A stretch of DNA of 64,000 nucleotides, taken from NCBI GenBank assembly GCA_016204005.1, contig JACQLS010000001.1:105-64104 (forward strand). The letters run 5' to 3'. The position numbers and the translations under genes are program-made. The notes under the pieces were generated by a model, which was not told the DNA's origin, did not search any database, and saw nothing but the letters and a program-made list of their open reading frames with translations. The DNA comes from Parcubacteria group bacterium. Its GTDB lineage: Bacteria > Patescibacteriota > Minisyncoccia > Phycocordibacterales > UBA2135. This document shows, piece by piece, positions 37,236 to 46,975 of the stretch. Every line of letters begins with the position of its first letter. Within the stretch, counting starts at the first letter, position 1.

Positions 37236-38429
37236 TTACAGAAAGACTGCTCTATCGGCAAAGATGGTTTCGACAGTAAGAAAGGTGTCTTCTTCACGAG
37301 GGTTGGGAAGCTTAATATGCGGAGCTAGTGTTTCTCCAGAGAGAACGTGAACGGGAACACTCGCGTCCGCAAAGACGGTTCCTAAAAGCGCCTCTTTGGC
37401 AAGGATTGACTTGAGCCAGCCGGCAAAAGCCGGGTCCGCAGAGATAAAAATCCCTTGAAGAAGGAAGGGTACCGGGGAGATTGAGGAAAGCGCTTTTCGT
37501 ATGGCGCGCAGAAGTATTTCTTCTCGGTTTCTCACTAATTTAAAAACCTCGGCAGAAACCTCACGCGACCCCTTCCCGGTAAGGACGACGGAGAGCAGGG
37601 ACTTCGCCTCAAGGGGAGAAATGTTCCGGGCCTTCATGATATCGCGAACGAAGATGTTTGTTCCCATTGGGAATGAAAGCACATCGCGGAGGGCGCCATC
37701 TGCAACTAAACCGATTTCCACTACCTCTCCGCTCATACGGACAAGGAGTGAGTCATCAATATGCGGCCACAAGTCCCGTACAACAGAAAAAAAGGAAAAG
37801 AGGTGGGAGTGGAAGGTTATGCGGGTCTCGTGAAAGACGCGGGCATAACTTTCTCGAATAATACGAACTACATATTCTGGCGCAAAAGAAAGGTAAAGTA
37901 CAAGCGAGAGCTCTTCTCCATGCTTCCCTTGGGGCACTGAAATAGGATACCCATTCACTGTCGCGCGCATGACATGTTTCTCGAGAAGTATGACACTCTC
38001 TGTCCCGAATGCCTTCTCACGGAATGACGCCGCTTCTCTCTCAAGAGATTGCTCGAGAATATCATTGGTGATGGTAAAAGGCTCCCCGCGCTTTACCGTA
38101 ACGGTCTTTGTAGCAAGGGCATGCCAAGGCGCTCCGAGTACACAGACAACCTCGTCCGGAATACTCCGCGCGTATTCCCTTGGTACACGAAGCATCCCTT
38201 GAGAAGCCACGTCTCGGAGAGCGGCAGTAAGTGTCGTGCCCATTCCTTTAAAGAATTTCTCGAAATGGAGTGTGCTTTGAAACGGCATTTCTTTTCTCCT
38301 CGAATAAAAGACGGTTGGCTCTCCGTCTTTGCGCAAGAGCGCAAGCGCTACCCCGATTGAAGCACTACCTACGTCGACAATAATCGCGAGTTTTTCTTTT
38401 TTACTGCCGAAGGAGGAGAAGATTCCCAT
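37236..38429 (-). CDS. actin-fold (FtsA/PilM-like) protein, putative
   Basis: N-terminal phosphate-1-like LAIIVDVGSASIGVALA; 397 aa. Assignment by eye only. Confidence 0.55.
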   Translation of the reverse strand: MGIFSSFGSKKEKLAIIVDVGSASIGVALALLRKDGEPTVFYSRRKEMPFQSTLHFEKFFKGMGTTLTAALRDVASQGMLRVPREYARSIPDEVVCVLGAPWHALATKTVTVKRGEPFTITNDILEQSLEREAASFREKAFGTESVILLEKHVMRATVNGYPISVPQGKHGEELSLVLYLSFAPEYVVRIIRESYARVFHETRITFHSHLFSFFSVVRDLWPHIDDSLLVRMSGEVVEIGLVADGALRDVLSFPMGTNIFVRDIMKARNISPLEAKSLLSVVLTGKGSREVSAEVFKLVRNREEILLRAIRKALSSISPVPFLLQGIFISADPAFAGWLKSILAKEALLGTVFADASVPVHVLSGETLAPHIKLPNPREEDTFLTVETIFADRAVFL

Positions 38430-38483
38430 GCTTACATTGTATCACGGAAGGGCGCCATACTCGTGCACTAGTGTGGAAAATTG

Positions 38484-38606
38484 ACCCCGATAGTGTTCGC
38501 GGACGTCTCCCATATATTGCCGTCACGAAATTAAGCACGGTGGGAAAGTGGGGAAAACAAACAATCCTACCTCAAGTGTGTATCCGCGTCCTAACACTAT
38601 CGGGGT
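38484..38606. repeat. 123-bp element bounded by 14-bp perfect inverted repeats ACCCCGATAGTGTT / AACACTATCGGGGT (copy 3 of 3)
   Basis: Arms at 38484..38497 and 38593..38606, with inner pairing CGCGGA/TCCGCG. Lies 55 nt upstream of the FtsA/PilM-like gene start. Confidence 0.8.
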
Positions 38607-38664
38607 TGATGCGCAGTATTCCAATCCGTGCTATACATCATGGCAGATACCACGGAGCATTCTC

Positions 38665-39102
38665 ATGCATATTGAACTTTACCCGTATGAAGGCGAGGGT
38701 GGCGAAAAGTTTGAGGCACACATACGGCCTCACGTGAAAACCGAGGTCATCATTATTTACCTTGGCATGCTCTCGCTTTTTAGGAAATTGAAGTCCATTT
38801 CCCATCTACCTCGTAGCGCTTTACTTCGCGCAGCCGCAGAGCTTCGTAAGAAACTCCCCCTTGAGAATGCATTTCCACCCGATGAACTTCATTTGCTCGG
38901 GCTCAAGGCAATGGAGACCGCATTAGATTTCCTAAGCCACGAAGATGATCTGAAGCCAGAGGAAGCCGTCCAAGCAAAACCTGATTACATGAACCTTGTG
39001 AGACTTGTTGAAAATGAGGAGTCTATTGCTGACGCACTCCTCGCTGCTGTCCTGCTCTTTGAGATTACTTGGACGAAGCCGAGCAAACCAGCACAAGAAT
39101 AA
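38665..39102 (+). CDS. hypothetical protein
   Basis: ORF 38548..39102. ATG at 38665 is preferred because the upstream part lies inside the inverted-repeat element. Terminator follows. Confidence 0.45.
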   Translation: MHIELYPYEGEGGEKFEAHIRPHVKTEVIIIYLGMLSLFRKLKSISHLPRSALLRAAAELRKKLPLENAFPPDELHLLGLKAMETALDFLSHEDDLKPEEAVQAKPDYMNLVRLVENEESIADALLAAVLLFEITWTKPSKPAQE

Positions 39103-39106
39103 TCAT

Positions 39107-39141
39107 AAAACCACCCCTCGACAAGCTCAGGGTGGTTTTTT
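39107..39141. terminator. bidirectional hairpin between convergent genes
   Basis: AAAACCACCCctcgacaagctcaGGGTGGTTTTTT. Confidence 0.75.
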
Positions 39142-40096
39142 AGTTTACGTCTTTTATCTCCTTACTAAATGCGCTCACAATGTCATCAATCTCGCCCGCC
39201 ATAATACGCGGGATTCCATACCATGACTCTTTGAGCCTATGGTCCGTAACACGATCTTGTGGAAAATTATACGTGCGTATTTTCTCTGAGCGATCAGCAC
39301 TGCCTATTTGTTCTTTCCGTGTCTTCGCCATCTCCCCTGCCGCTTTTTCTTCTTGCGCCTCCGCCAGTTTCGCCGCGAGTATAGTCATCGCCTGCTCACG
39401 GTTTTTCTGCTGGCTTCGCCCCACGGTGCAACGCACAACAATGCCGGTGGGCTTGTGCAAAATGCGGACTGCAGTTTCCACTTTGTTCACGTTTTGCCCC
39501 CCGGGGCCGCCTGCTCGCGAAAAGGTAACCTCGATATCTGCTGGATTAATTTGAACATCAGACATCTTTCGAACCGGAAGAACAGCGACTGAAGCAGTCG
39601 AGGTATGAATACGCCCCTGCTTTTCAGTGTCGGGAATACGCTGTACACGGTGCACACCTGTCTCAAACTTAAGCGTGTCATACACCCCCAACCCCTTTAT
39701 TTCAAAAGACGCTTCTTTATAGCCCCCAAGCTCGGATTGCGATTCATCAATTTTCATAAAGCTCCAACCTTTCTTCGCAGCATACCGTTCGTACATCTCT
39801 GCAAGCTCAAGCGCAAAGAGTGATGCCTCATCACCTCCAGCTCCAGCGCGCACCTCCAAGATGACCTCCCTGGGGGACGCCTCCTCTTCTTTATCCGACG
39901 CAAGAATTTCTTCCATCTGCTTCAAGAGTGCCGCCTTCTCTCCGCCGAGACGACCCCTTTCCTCTTCGGCAAGTTCCTTCATTGAAGGATCATCTTCCGC
40001 CATACGGAGGAGGTTTGCTTCCTCCTTCTCGAGTTTTTCGTACATTTCTGCGAGATACCGTGTTTTTTGGTTTTTCTTGTATCCTTCTAAGTCCAT
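39140..40096 (-). CDS. prfA: peptide chain release factor 1 (short N-terminus)
   Basis: [18 protein letters not shown] (GGQ). [22 protein letters not shown] (RF1-type PxT region). Confidence 0.92.
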   Translation of the reverse strand: MDLEGYKKNQKTRYLAEMYEKLEKEEANLLRMAEDDPSMKELAEEERGRLGGEKAALLKQMEEILASDKEEEASPREVILEVRAGAGGDEASLFALELAEMYERYAAKKGWSFMKIDESQSELGGYKEASFEIKGLGVYDTLKFETGVHRVQRIPDTEKQGRIHTSTASVAVLPVRKMSDVQINPADIEVTFSRAGGPGGQNVNKVETAVRILHKPTGIVVRCTVGRSQQKNREQAMTILAAKLAEAQEEKAAGEMAKTRKEQIGSADRSEKIRTYNFPQDRVTDHRLKESWYGIPRIMAGEIDDIVSAFSKEIKDVN

Positions 40097-40098
40097 AA

Positions 40099-41079
40099 TT
40101 AATAAGTAGATAATATCTGCATCACTCCGTCAAATTCTTTATTTGCGGCGCCATCCTCAAAAGAGTTCGTGTCACCTTTTCGGACGCGTGTCCAAAGCCC
40201 CCAAATCAGATTCGAAACTGCGCGTTCCCTCATACGTTCCTCGACAAGTACCTTAAACTCTTCACGCGGTATGTTCGTTGGATATACTTCGATCATTTTC
40301 TTTTTTACCTCCTTGTGGTCTCCTCTCCCCTGAATAGAGGTGAGAAACACCGCGAGCATAAACGCCGGGTCACCATACGAGCATTGCTCCCAATTTAAGA
40401 AACGGAATCCTTGATTTGTTTTGAAGAGATGTCCAATGTGCGCACTTTCAAAGATAAAGGTTTCGCCATGCTCCCTTATCGCTTTCTTGAGCGTCGGTTC
40501 AAATGCATCGAGCATTCTTTCCGCACTGGGCAACATCTCATCCACAAGCCGCTTGCCCCACACTCCCATCTGCGGATCCTCCGCAATGACCCGTAGTCGC
40601 GCTTTCCACGCCTTTCGATTCTTCTCATAGCTCGTCATCGGCTCTTCGAAGAAAGGCGCGTCTTTTCTTACGGGAACACTGCCGATCCGCGCAAGGAAGC
40701 GCGCGATATTCTCCGCATCATCAATAAGCCCTTCGCCCACCCCACCAACACTTTTCCCCTCGAGATACTCTTCTAATAGCATTGCTTCTCCAAAAAAATC
40801 ATCTGTGACATACAGGGGATGCGGAGCAACGCTCCATGACTCCACGTATTTGAGTACCTCATATTCGATCCTTGTCCCCCGCTTAGGATCACCCCATTCG
40901 GGCCCCTTAAACCGCAAGACCATGCGCTTATCTCCCAGCGTGATGAGAAAGTTAAAATGACCTGACCATGGTTTTGGGTCGATATCTTCGACGCTGAACT
41001 CTGTTGTCGCAAACATTCCAAGCGGGTTCGCCACACGCAACCATTGCCGTATATCTTCAGTTGATGGAGGTCTTTGCAT
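40099..41079 (-). CDS. aminoglycoside/choline-kinase-like phosphotransferase-fold protein
   Basis: Overall APH-like layout ending ...[19 protein letters not shown]. The catalytic-loop region reads [10 protein letters not shown]. Confidence 0.65.
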   Translation of the reverse strand: MQRPPSTEDIRQWLRVANPLGMFATTEFSVEDIDPKPWSGHFNFLITLGDKRMVLRFKGPEWGDPKRGTRIEYEVLKYVESWSVAPHPLYVTDDFFGEAMLLEEYLEGKSVGGVGEGLIDDAENIARFLARIGSVPVRKDAPFFEEPMTSYEKNRKAWKARLRVIAEDPQMGVWGKRLVDEMLPSAERMLDAFEPTLKKAIREHGETFIFESAHIGHLFKTNQGFRFLNWEQCSYGDPAFMLAVFLTSIQGRGDHKEVKKKMIEVYPTNIPREEFKVLVEERMRERAVSNLIWGLWTRVRKGDTNSFEDGAANKEFDGVMQILSTY

Positions 41080-41116
41080 CCTCTTATTGTAACAATTGTA
41101 ACAAAAACCGCGAAGG

Positions 41117-41377
41117 TTATTCTTTCGCGGTCTTTGTTTTCTTCGCTTTAGGTTTTACTGTTTTTTTCTTATCTTCTGCGGATCGCCTCTTAGCCCTAAA
41201 CTTCTCCACGCGGCCCGCGGTGTCGAGTACCTTTTCCTGTCCTGTATAAAAAGGGTGGCATTCGGAACAAATCTCGACTTCGATCTTCTCCTTAGCGGAT
41301 CCGACAACAAAAGAATTCCCGCAGACGCAGGTTGCTTTTGCGCTAGGATAGTATTGTGGGTGAATTTCCTTCTTCAT
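41117..41377 (-). CDS. rpmE: 50S ribosomal protein L31
   Basis: [10 protein letters not shown]...CVCGN...[13 protein letters not shown]. Confidence 0.93.
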   Translation of the reverse strand: MKKEIHPQYYPSAKATCVCGNSFVVGSAKEKIEVEICSECHPFYTGQEKVLDTAGRVEKFRAKRRSAEDKKKTVKPKAKKTKTAKE

Positions 41378-41414
41378 ATACGATATTATGATATAACAGA
41401 TATCACATTTTTTT

Positions 41415-42761
41415 TCAAGACCCAGAGAGGATATCTATCTGTTTTTGGTATTTCGTCGCAAGGCCCATAACATCATCGCCATAAAACGCGTACGCCGACT
41501 TTGTAGCATTATTCCAGCCGGCAAAATAGCGAAGTGCAGCCAGACGTTCAGCATTGTACGTCCCCTTTCCCGCCCCGTTGTCTTTAAGCAAAAGAGCTGC
41601 GGCAAGAAACGCGTGCTTGGGATCCCAGGGGTTGGCAATGCTAACTCCCGCGATAGAAGCGACTTGTTTTTCTACTAAAACCCACGTTGAAGGAATGAAC
41701 TGCGCGGGACCCATTGCCCCACCCCATCCGTACCACGGTTTCGCGGAGACGGGCATCTTGTTCGGATCAAAGCCGAGCCGCCTTGTTATCTCTTCAAAGA
41801 TCGGTCTGTCACGCGTCGGGTGCATGTCCTTTAGCCAGTTTCCCGTGCCGACATTCTCGCCAAGATTTGATTCTTCGGCAATGACGCCAAGGATAAGGGC
41901 TGTGCGTATACCTGTCTTTTGAGAAGCAAAGTTGGCGAGCTCGAGCGCCTGTTCAAAGGGGATCGCGTCAGAGCCACGCAAGGCAAAGAGTTCGCTTCGA
42001 ATCGCCGCCGCATCTCTTTCTGTCGCGCGCACAACGCGCGCGTAGATTTCTTCGTGTCCCTTCGTTATCTCCAAGAGCCGCTTTTTCTCTGCCTTGCCTT
42101 CTACAATACGGCGCTTTTGCAATTCCTGGATCTGTCGAAGCTCTTGTTCCTCGGCGCGTTTGTCAGCGAGGGTATCCCGCTCGCGCTTAGTCGTCTGTTT
42201 TGTTTGCTCTATCTCCTCAAATGACTGGTGAAGCGATCGGTTGATTGAGGCGAATGCATCAAGATCGCGAAAGAATTCTGAAATATTTTGATTTGCAAAG
42301 ACTACTTCAACCACGGTGACAGAATCGAGTTCATGGGTTTTTCGAATAAGCTCCGCGAGTGAGTCTTTCTCCCGTTCCAGTTTTGCCGACAAACTACCTA
42401 TGGTTGCTTCCTTCCCGTTAATGTCCGTTGAGAGACGACGGATCACAAGATCGCGCTGTCGTATTGAAAGTTCAGCGGCCTCGATTTGCGCGTCCAAGAT
42501 AGCAACGTCACGTTCCAAAGAGACCGTCTTGCGCTGCTGCTCCTGGAGGATTCCACGCTGGCGCTCGATCTCCTCCTCGAGTCGGGCAAGTTCGCTTTCA
42601 AGTTCGGCTCTGCGTTCAACGACATCCGCGCCGGTCACTTGCCCTAACACAGGCAAAGCCCACCCTAAGGCGAGAGGGATTACGAATAATGACAGTATAA
42701 AATATGAGAAAGGAGAGGACGCCAAAATTGTTAAGTCCTGATTTCTAATGCGTGCCAGCAC
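41415..42761 (-). CDS. coiled-coil protein with C-terminal lytic transglycosylase (SLT_2/MltB-like) domain
   Basis: N-terminal TM, ~230-aa coiled coil, then [16 protein letters not shown]. Confidence 0.75.
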   Translation of the reverse strand: MLARIRNQDLTILASSPFSYFILSLFVIPLALGWALPVLGQVTGADVVERRAELESELARLEEEIERQRGILQEQQRKTVSLERDVAILDAQIEAAELSIRQRDLVIRRLSTDINGKEATIGSLSAKLEREKDSLAELIRKTHELDSVTVVEVVFANQNISEFFRDLDAFASINRSLHQSFEEIEQTKQTTKRERDTLADKRAEEQELRQIQELQKRRIVEGKAEKKRLLEITKGHEEIYARVVRATERDAAAIRSELFALRGSDAIPFEQALELANFASQKTGIRTALILGVIAEESNLGENVGTGNWLKDMHPTRDRPIFEEITRRLGFDPNKMPVSAKPWYGWGGAMGPAQFIPSTWVLVEKQVASIAGVSIANPWDPKHAFLAAALLLKDNGAGKGTYNAERLAALRYFAGWNNATKSAYAFYGDDVMGLATKYQKQIDILSGS

Positions 42762-42803
42762 TAGCTATTATATCGCATTGCAAGGAAGAGAACGAGGAGA
42801 AAA

Positions 42804-43496
42804 CTATTTCTTCTCTTGCTTCTTTTCTTTGGGGGTTTCTTCTCCGGGAATTTCTTCTTCCTCTTTCTTGCCCTTTTCTTCGACTTCAATCTTTGCGGCG
42901 TCAAATTCTACCGGTGCCACTTCTTCTTCCTTCGCCACAGCGATTGCGGCGACTATCTCTTCAGGGCCGGTTACAAGAACAACGCCATCTGGAAGCGCAA
43001 TCTCTTTCGCGGCAATGTGGCTTTCAAGTGTCGTAAGCGAGGTAATGTCGATAACGACTTCTTGCGGAAGGTCTTTTGGCAAACCGCGTACCTCAAGTTC
43101 GTAAAGCACTTTTACAAGAGTGCCCCCCAACTCTTTAACGGCAGATGATTCACCCGTAAATTCGATAGGAACCTTAACTTCAACGGCGCGATCTGCTTCG
43201 ATGGCATAGAAATCAATGTGTATTGGCTGTCCACGCACTGGGTCGCGCGAAATATCCTGAATAAGGACATCTTTATTCTCACCGTCCTTAAAAACAAGGC
43301 GGATAATCGATGACTCCCCGTCCATATTCAATACACGGCCAAAATCAGTTGTGTCTACAAAAACTGATGTCGCCTTTTCCTTGCGTCCATAAAAAACGGC
43401 CGGGATTTTACCCGTTTTGCGAAGTTTGTTGACCTTTCTGCCGAGGATATCCCGCTTTTCGGCCTTAAGCTCTAGCGTTTGGATGTTCTCTACTAT
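42804..43496 (-). CDS. rplY: 50S ribosomal protein L25/Ctc (start codon non-canonical or unresolved)
   Basis: The ORF track starts at TTG 43331. The same frame is open upstream to a TAG and encodes the conserved L25 N-terminus TLELKAEKRDILGRKVNKLRKTGKIPAVFYGRK. There is no ATG/GTG/TTG in that stretch; ATA at 43496 and ATC at 43484 are the candidates. Confidence 0.8.
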   Translation of the reverse strand: MVENIQTLELKAEKRDILGRKVNKLRKTGKIPAVFYGRKEKATSVFVDTTDFGRVLNMDGESSIIRLVFKDGENKDVLIQDISRDPVRGQPIHIDFYAIEADRAVEVKVPIEFTGESSAVKELGGTLVKVLYELEVRGLPKDLPQEVVIDITSLTTLESHIAAKEIALPDGVVLVTGPEEIVAAIAVAKEEEVAPVEFDAAKIEVEEKGKKEEEEIPGEETPKEKKQEKK

Positions 43497-43612
43497 ACCG
43501 TTCTTGCAACAAAAAGCAACCCCCCGCTAAACCTCTTTAATCTCAACGCTAAGAGGTTGATCTTTGCCATCAAATAAAAGGCCCCAACAAACCGCTTCTT
43601 ACCCCACAGTGC

Positions 43613-44584
43613 TTATGGCTTAACCGCGTTTGGTGCCTCACCCCCCTCGAGGACTGCGATAATATTCTTTGCGGCAAGTTCAGCCATGGCGGCGCGGGTT
43701 TCTTCTGTGCCCGAAGCAATATGTGGTGTGATGATGACATTAGGTAACTCGACGAGACCGGGCGCAAGCGCTGGTTCGTTTTCAAAGACATCGAGAGCCG
43801 CGCCACGAATAGTTTTGTTTCGAAGCGCCTGTACGAGTGCTGCCTCGTCCACGGTGGGCCCCCTCGAGGTATTTACGAGGTACGCGCTTCGCTTCATTTT
43901 CAAAAGACGCTCTGCATTAATGAGATGCTGTGTCGACGGAAGAAGCGGCACATGTATAGAGACAAAATCCGCCTCCGCCAAAAGATCTTCGATCTTCTCT
44001 TTGTACTCCGCTCCCACTTCTTTTTCTATGTCGGCATTTGGTTTGACATCGGTGTAGAGGATTTTCATATCGAAACCTCGTGCGCCATGATACGCAACCC
44101 GTGTGCCAATACGCCCCGCGCCGACAATGCCCAATGTCTTACCAAAAAGGTCATTTCCGAGAAGTAATTCCGGAGCCCATTCTTTGTATCTCCCCTCCCT
44201 GGTAAAGCCGTCTGCTTCAACGATACGGTGAGCAATGGCAAGCATCAGCGCGAATGTGTGCTCTGCAACGGTGTTGGTCAACACGCCCGGAGTGTTCGAG
44301 ACGATGACTCCGCGCTCCTTCGCCGCAACGGGGTCAATGTTGTCAAAACCAACGGCATAATTCGCAAAAATCTTTGCTTTTGGTGCTGCATCGAATGCTT
44401 CTCCGTCTATGCGGTCGAGCAATGTGCATAAAACCGCATCATACTCTCCCTCCCGCAGGGTACTCAAAAACTCTTCTCTAGTGAGCGCGCCATCTTTGGG
44501 GGACACGTTTACTTCATAACCCTTTTCTTGAAGCATTGTTATTCCCGCATCCGGAATTTTCCTTGTTATATAAATACGCGGCAT
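43613..44584 (-). CDS. D-isomer-specific 2-hydroxyacid dehydrogenase (glyoxylate/hydroxypyruvate reductase-like)
   Basis: LGIVGAGRIGTRVA (NAD-binding GxGxxG), VIITPHIASGT. Confidence 0.88.
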   Translation of the reverse strand: MPRIYITRKIPDAGITMLQEKGYEVNVSPKDGALTREEFLSTLREGEYDAVLCTLLDRIDGEAFDAAPKAKIFANYAVGFDNIDPVAAKERGVIVSNTPGVLTNTVAEHTFALMLAIAHRIVEADGFTREGRYKEWAPELLLGNDLFGKTLGIVGAGRIGTRVAYHGARGFDMKILYTDVKPNADIEKEVGAEYKEKIEDLLAEADFVSIHVPLLPSTQHLINAERLLKMKRSAYLVNTSRGPTVDEAALVQALRNKTIRGAALDVFENEPALAPGLVELPNVIITPHIASGTEETRAAMAELAAKNIIAVLEGGEAPNAVKP

Positions 44585-44678
44585 ATAGAAGATTCAATTC
44601 TAGTAATCGTAATAAGAGTATTCTATCACATGATGAGGGGCCTATGGTACAATGGGAGACACATAGACCACTACACAT

Positions 44679-45674
44679 ATGGCAAAAGAATTTGATTTCG
44701 TTGCAATCGGTGATATTACGACCGACGCGTTCATCCGCCTCTCCGGCGATGACGCGACTATTGAGAGAGAGGGCAATCGCAAGCAAAAAATCTGCTTTAA
44801 TTTCGGCGATAAGATCGAATATGACAAACTCGTAGAAGTTGCGGCGGTCGGCAACAGTCCTAACGCCGCTGTCGCCGCAAAACGTCTTGGTCTCTCTTCT
44901 GCGCTCATCGCTCACACGGGAGATGACTATCACGGAAAAACACAACTCGCGCAACTTAAAAAAGAGGGGGTTGCAACTGATTTCGTAAAGATACACAAGG
45001 GCGCGGAGAGCAACTATCACTTTGTGCTTTGGTATGAAGAAGAACGCACTATTCTGGTTCGGCACCACAAATGGCCGTATGAGATGCCGGATATTGGAGT
45101 ACCGAAATGGATGTACCTCTCCTCACTCGGTGAACACTCAATCCCCTTCCATCACGCAATTGCGGACTACATCAAAGCTCACCCTAGAATTAAACTCACC
45201 TTCCAGCCTGGCACATTCCAAATCCGACTTGGCTACGAGACACTAAAGGATGTTTATACGCAAACGGAACTTTTCTTCTGTAATAGGGAGGAAGCGAAAC
45301 TGATTCTCAAAACCGAGGAGAGAGACGTGAAAAAGCTTCTCTCCGGAATACGAGATTTGGGTCCCAAAATTGTTGTCATTACCGACGGACCAGAGGGCGC
45401 GTATTCATATGACGGAGAGGAAACCTGGCACATACCCATGTATCCTGACCCAAAGCCCCCGGTAGACAGGACAGGCGCTGGTGATTCTTTTGCTTCTACA
45501 TTTACCTCCCTTCTAGCGATCGGTAGATCAATACCCGAGGCACTCAAACTCGCCCCCGTGAACTCCATGTCGGTCGTGCAATATGTCGGCGCGCAAGAGG
45601 GCCTACTTCCCTTAAGTGAGCTTGAAGCGTGGCTCGCGAAGGCGCCAAAAGAGTACACTCCGACGAAACTTTAG
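44679..45674 (+). CDS. PfkB-family carbohydrate kinase
   Basis: FDFVAIGDITTD N-terminus, VDRTGAGDSFASTF C-terminal signature. Confidence 0.85.
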   Translation: MAKEFDFVAIGDITTDAFIRLSGDDATIEREGNRKQKICFNFGDKIEYDKLVEVAAVGNSPNAAVAAKRLGLSSALIAHTGDDYHGKTQLAQLKKEGVATDFVKIHKGAESNYHFVLWYEEERTILVRHHKWPYEMPDIGVPKWMYLSSLGEHSIPFHHAIADYIKAHPRIKLTFQPGTFQIRLGYETLKDVYTQTELFFCNREEAKLILKTEERDVKKLLSGIRDLGPKIVVITDGPEGAYSYDGEETWHIPMYPDPKPPVDRTGAGDSFASTFTSLLAIGRSIPEALKLAPVNSMSVVQYVGAQEGLLPLSELEAWLAKAPKEYTPTKL

Positions 45675-45685
45675 AGTATGTAATA

Positions 45686-45727
45686 AAACCCGGTCCGACT
45701 GTAGTCGGACCGGTGTTTATTTTTTTG
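45686..45727 (+). terminator. rho-independent terminator, near-identical stem to the one at 3847..3885
   Basis: AAAACCCGGTCCGACTgtAGTCGGACCGGTGTTTATTTTTTT. Confidence 0.85.
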
Positions 45728-45748
45728 AAAGCCCCCCGTTATACTTCG

Positions 45749-46258
45749 TTATACTTGTTGAACGCACGTAAGAAGGCGCAGATTATCGGCGGCGGCGGAA
45801 TACCCCTGCGCCGATGCTTTTTCGAAATAGAATGCTGCCTTGGTGCAATCCTTGGGGATGCCGTCGCCACGCGCGTACATGACACCCAGACTATTCTGCG
45901 CGCCCGCATAGCCCTTCTCCGCCGCCGCAGTATAGAGACGCAGCGCGTCTGCTACGCGGTTGGCCTGGCGATAGGCGCGCCCGAGCTGAAATTGGAAACG
46001 TAATTCGTTTGGGTAAAGCCGCACAGCCTCCTCGCAAGCGGGAATGGCCGTTGCCGGATTCATGAGCGCCGTCGGCACACCATTGCCCACTCTCCCTGGG
46101 TCAAGCGGATTACCAGCAAGCGTGTCGCATGCATGAAGTGGGGCTTTGGAATCCGCCCGCCTCTGATCTTGTGCCTGCGCAGTCCCCGCAAAGGCATAGA
46201 CTGTTATCCCAATAAATATCAAAACCTGAAAAATGAACGATTCTCTTTTCTGCTCCAT
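45749..46258 (-). CDS. secreted Sel1-like (TPR-type) repeat protein
   Basis: Signal-like N-terminus. AEKGYAGAQNSLGVMYARGDGIPKDCTKAAFYFEKASAQGY. Own promoter TAGACA-17-TATAGT. Confidence 0.7.
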   Translation of the reverse strand: MEQKRESFIFQVLIFIGITVYAFAGTAQAQDQRRADSKAPLHACDTLAGNPLDPGRVGNGVPTALMNPATAIPACEEAVRLYPNELRFQFQLGRAYRQANRVADALRLYTAAAEKGYAGAQNSLGVMYARGDGIPKDCTKAAFYFEKASAQGYSAAADNLRLLTCVQQV

Positions 46259-46361
46259 TGAATCCGAAATGCTGTAACTAAAAATACTATATGTAATTTC
46301 ACTTACCTTGTCTATGATTATTCAAAACCCGCACGATCCGAAGATGGTGCGGGGAAGAGAG

Positions 46362-46853
46362 TTAGACGTATGGGTCCCACTCCATCGATTCATAGTACAA
46401 AAGAAGAAGCGGAAGAGCGACCGCCGTCGCGAGCGCTACGATGCCCCAGAATGTGACACCAAAGTATGCTGCTCCGCCGACGGCACTTGTCCACAAGATG
46501 TTGTGCGCAAAAAGAATTGTTGGCCCACTTTTCAAGCGGACGTTTCCCCGTGCGATAGATGTGGCGAAACCGGCGAAGATGAGAGCCGCCACAACACCAA
46601 AGGCATCGTGAGCAAGCCAGTAGTCGAGAGTAACTTCACCGACGGAGGACATGCCGACAAATGCGCTAATAGCAACAACCGCCGCGATCACTGTAAACAT
46701 GACAGCGCGCGTGGCGAATGCAGTGGCGAGCACAATCCAAAAGAGAGCATACAAGAAGACATCCCCCGACCAAGAGAGGGCGACACCATAGACGACCGCC
46801 ATGCCTACCGGTAACAAAGATTGAAAAAGGAGCAAGTTCCTAGGCGATTTCAT
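46362..46853 (-). CDS. multi-TM membrane protein, unknown function
   Basis: 163 aa, about 5 hydrophobic segments. TTGACT-16-TATTGA promoter upstream; hairpin CCCGCAC...GTGCGGGTTTT downstream. Confidence 0.55.
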   Translation of the reverse strand: MKSPRNLLLFQSLLPVGMAVVYGVALSWSGDVFLYALFWIVLATAFATRAVMFTVIAAVVAISAFVGMSSVGEVTLDYWLAHDAFGVVAALIFAGFATSIARGNVRLKSGPTILFAHNILWTSAVGGAAYFGVTFWGIVALATAVALPLLLLYYESMEWDPYV

Positions 46854-46975
46854 TTATCTTCTTCCTTTCATCACCTTGGCTGGAAACCCTGGAGAACAGG
46901 GCTACGGCCGTTTCTCGCAATCTGCTTTATCAATATCAGTTTTTATGAAAAAGTCAAGATTTTGGGGGTATCCCG

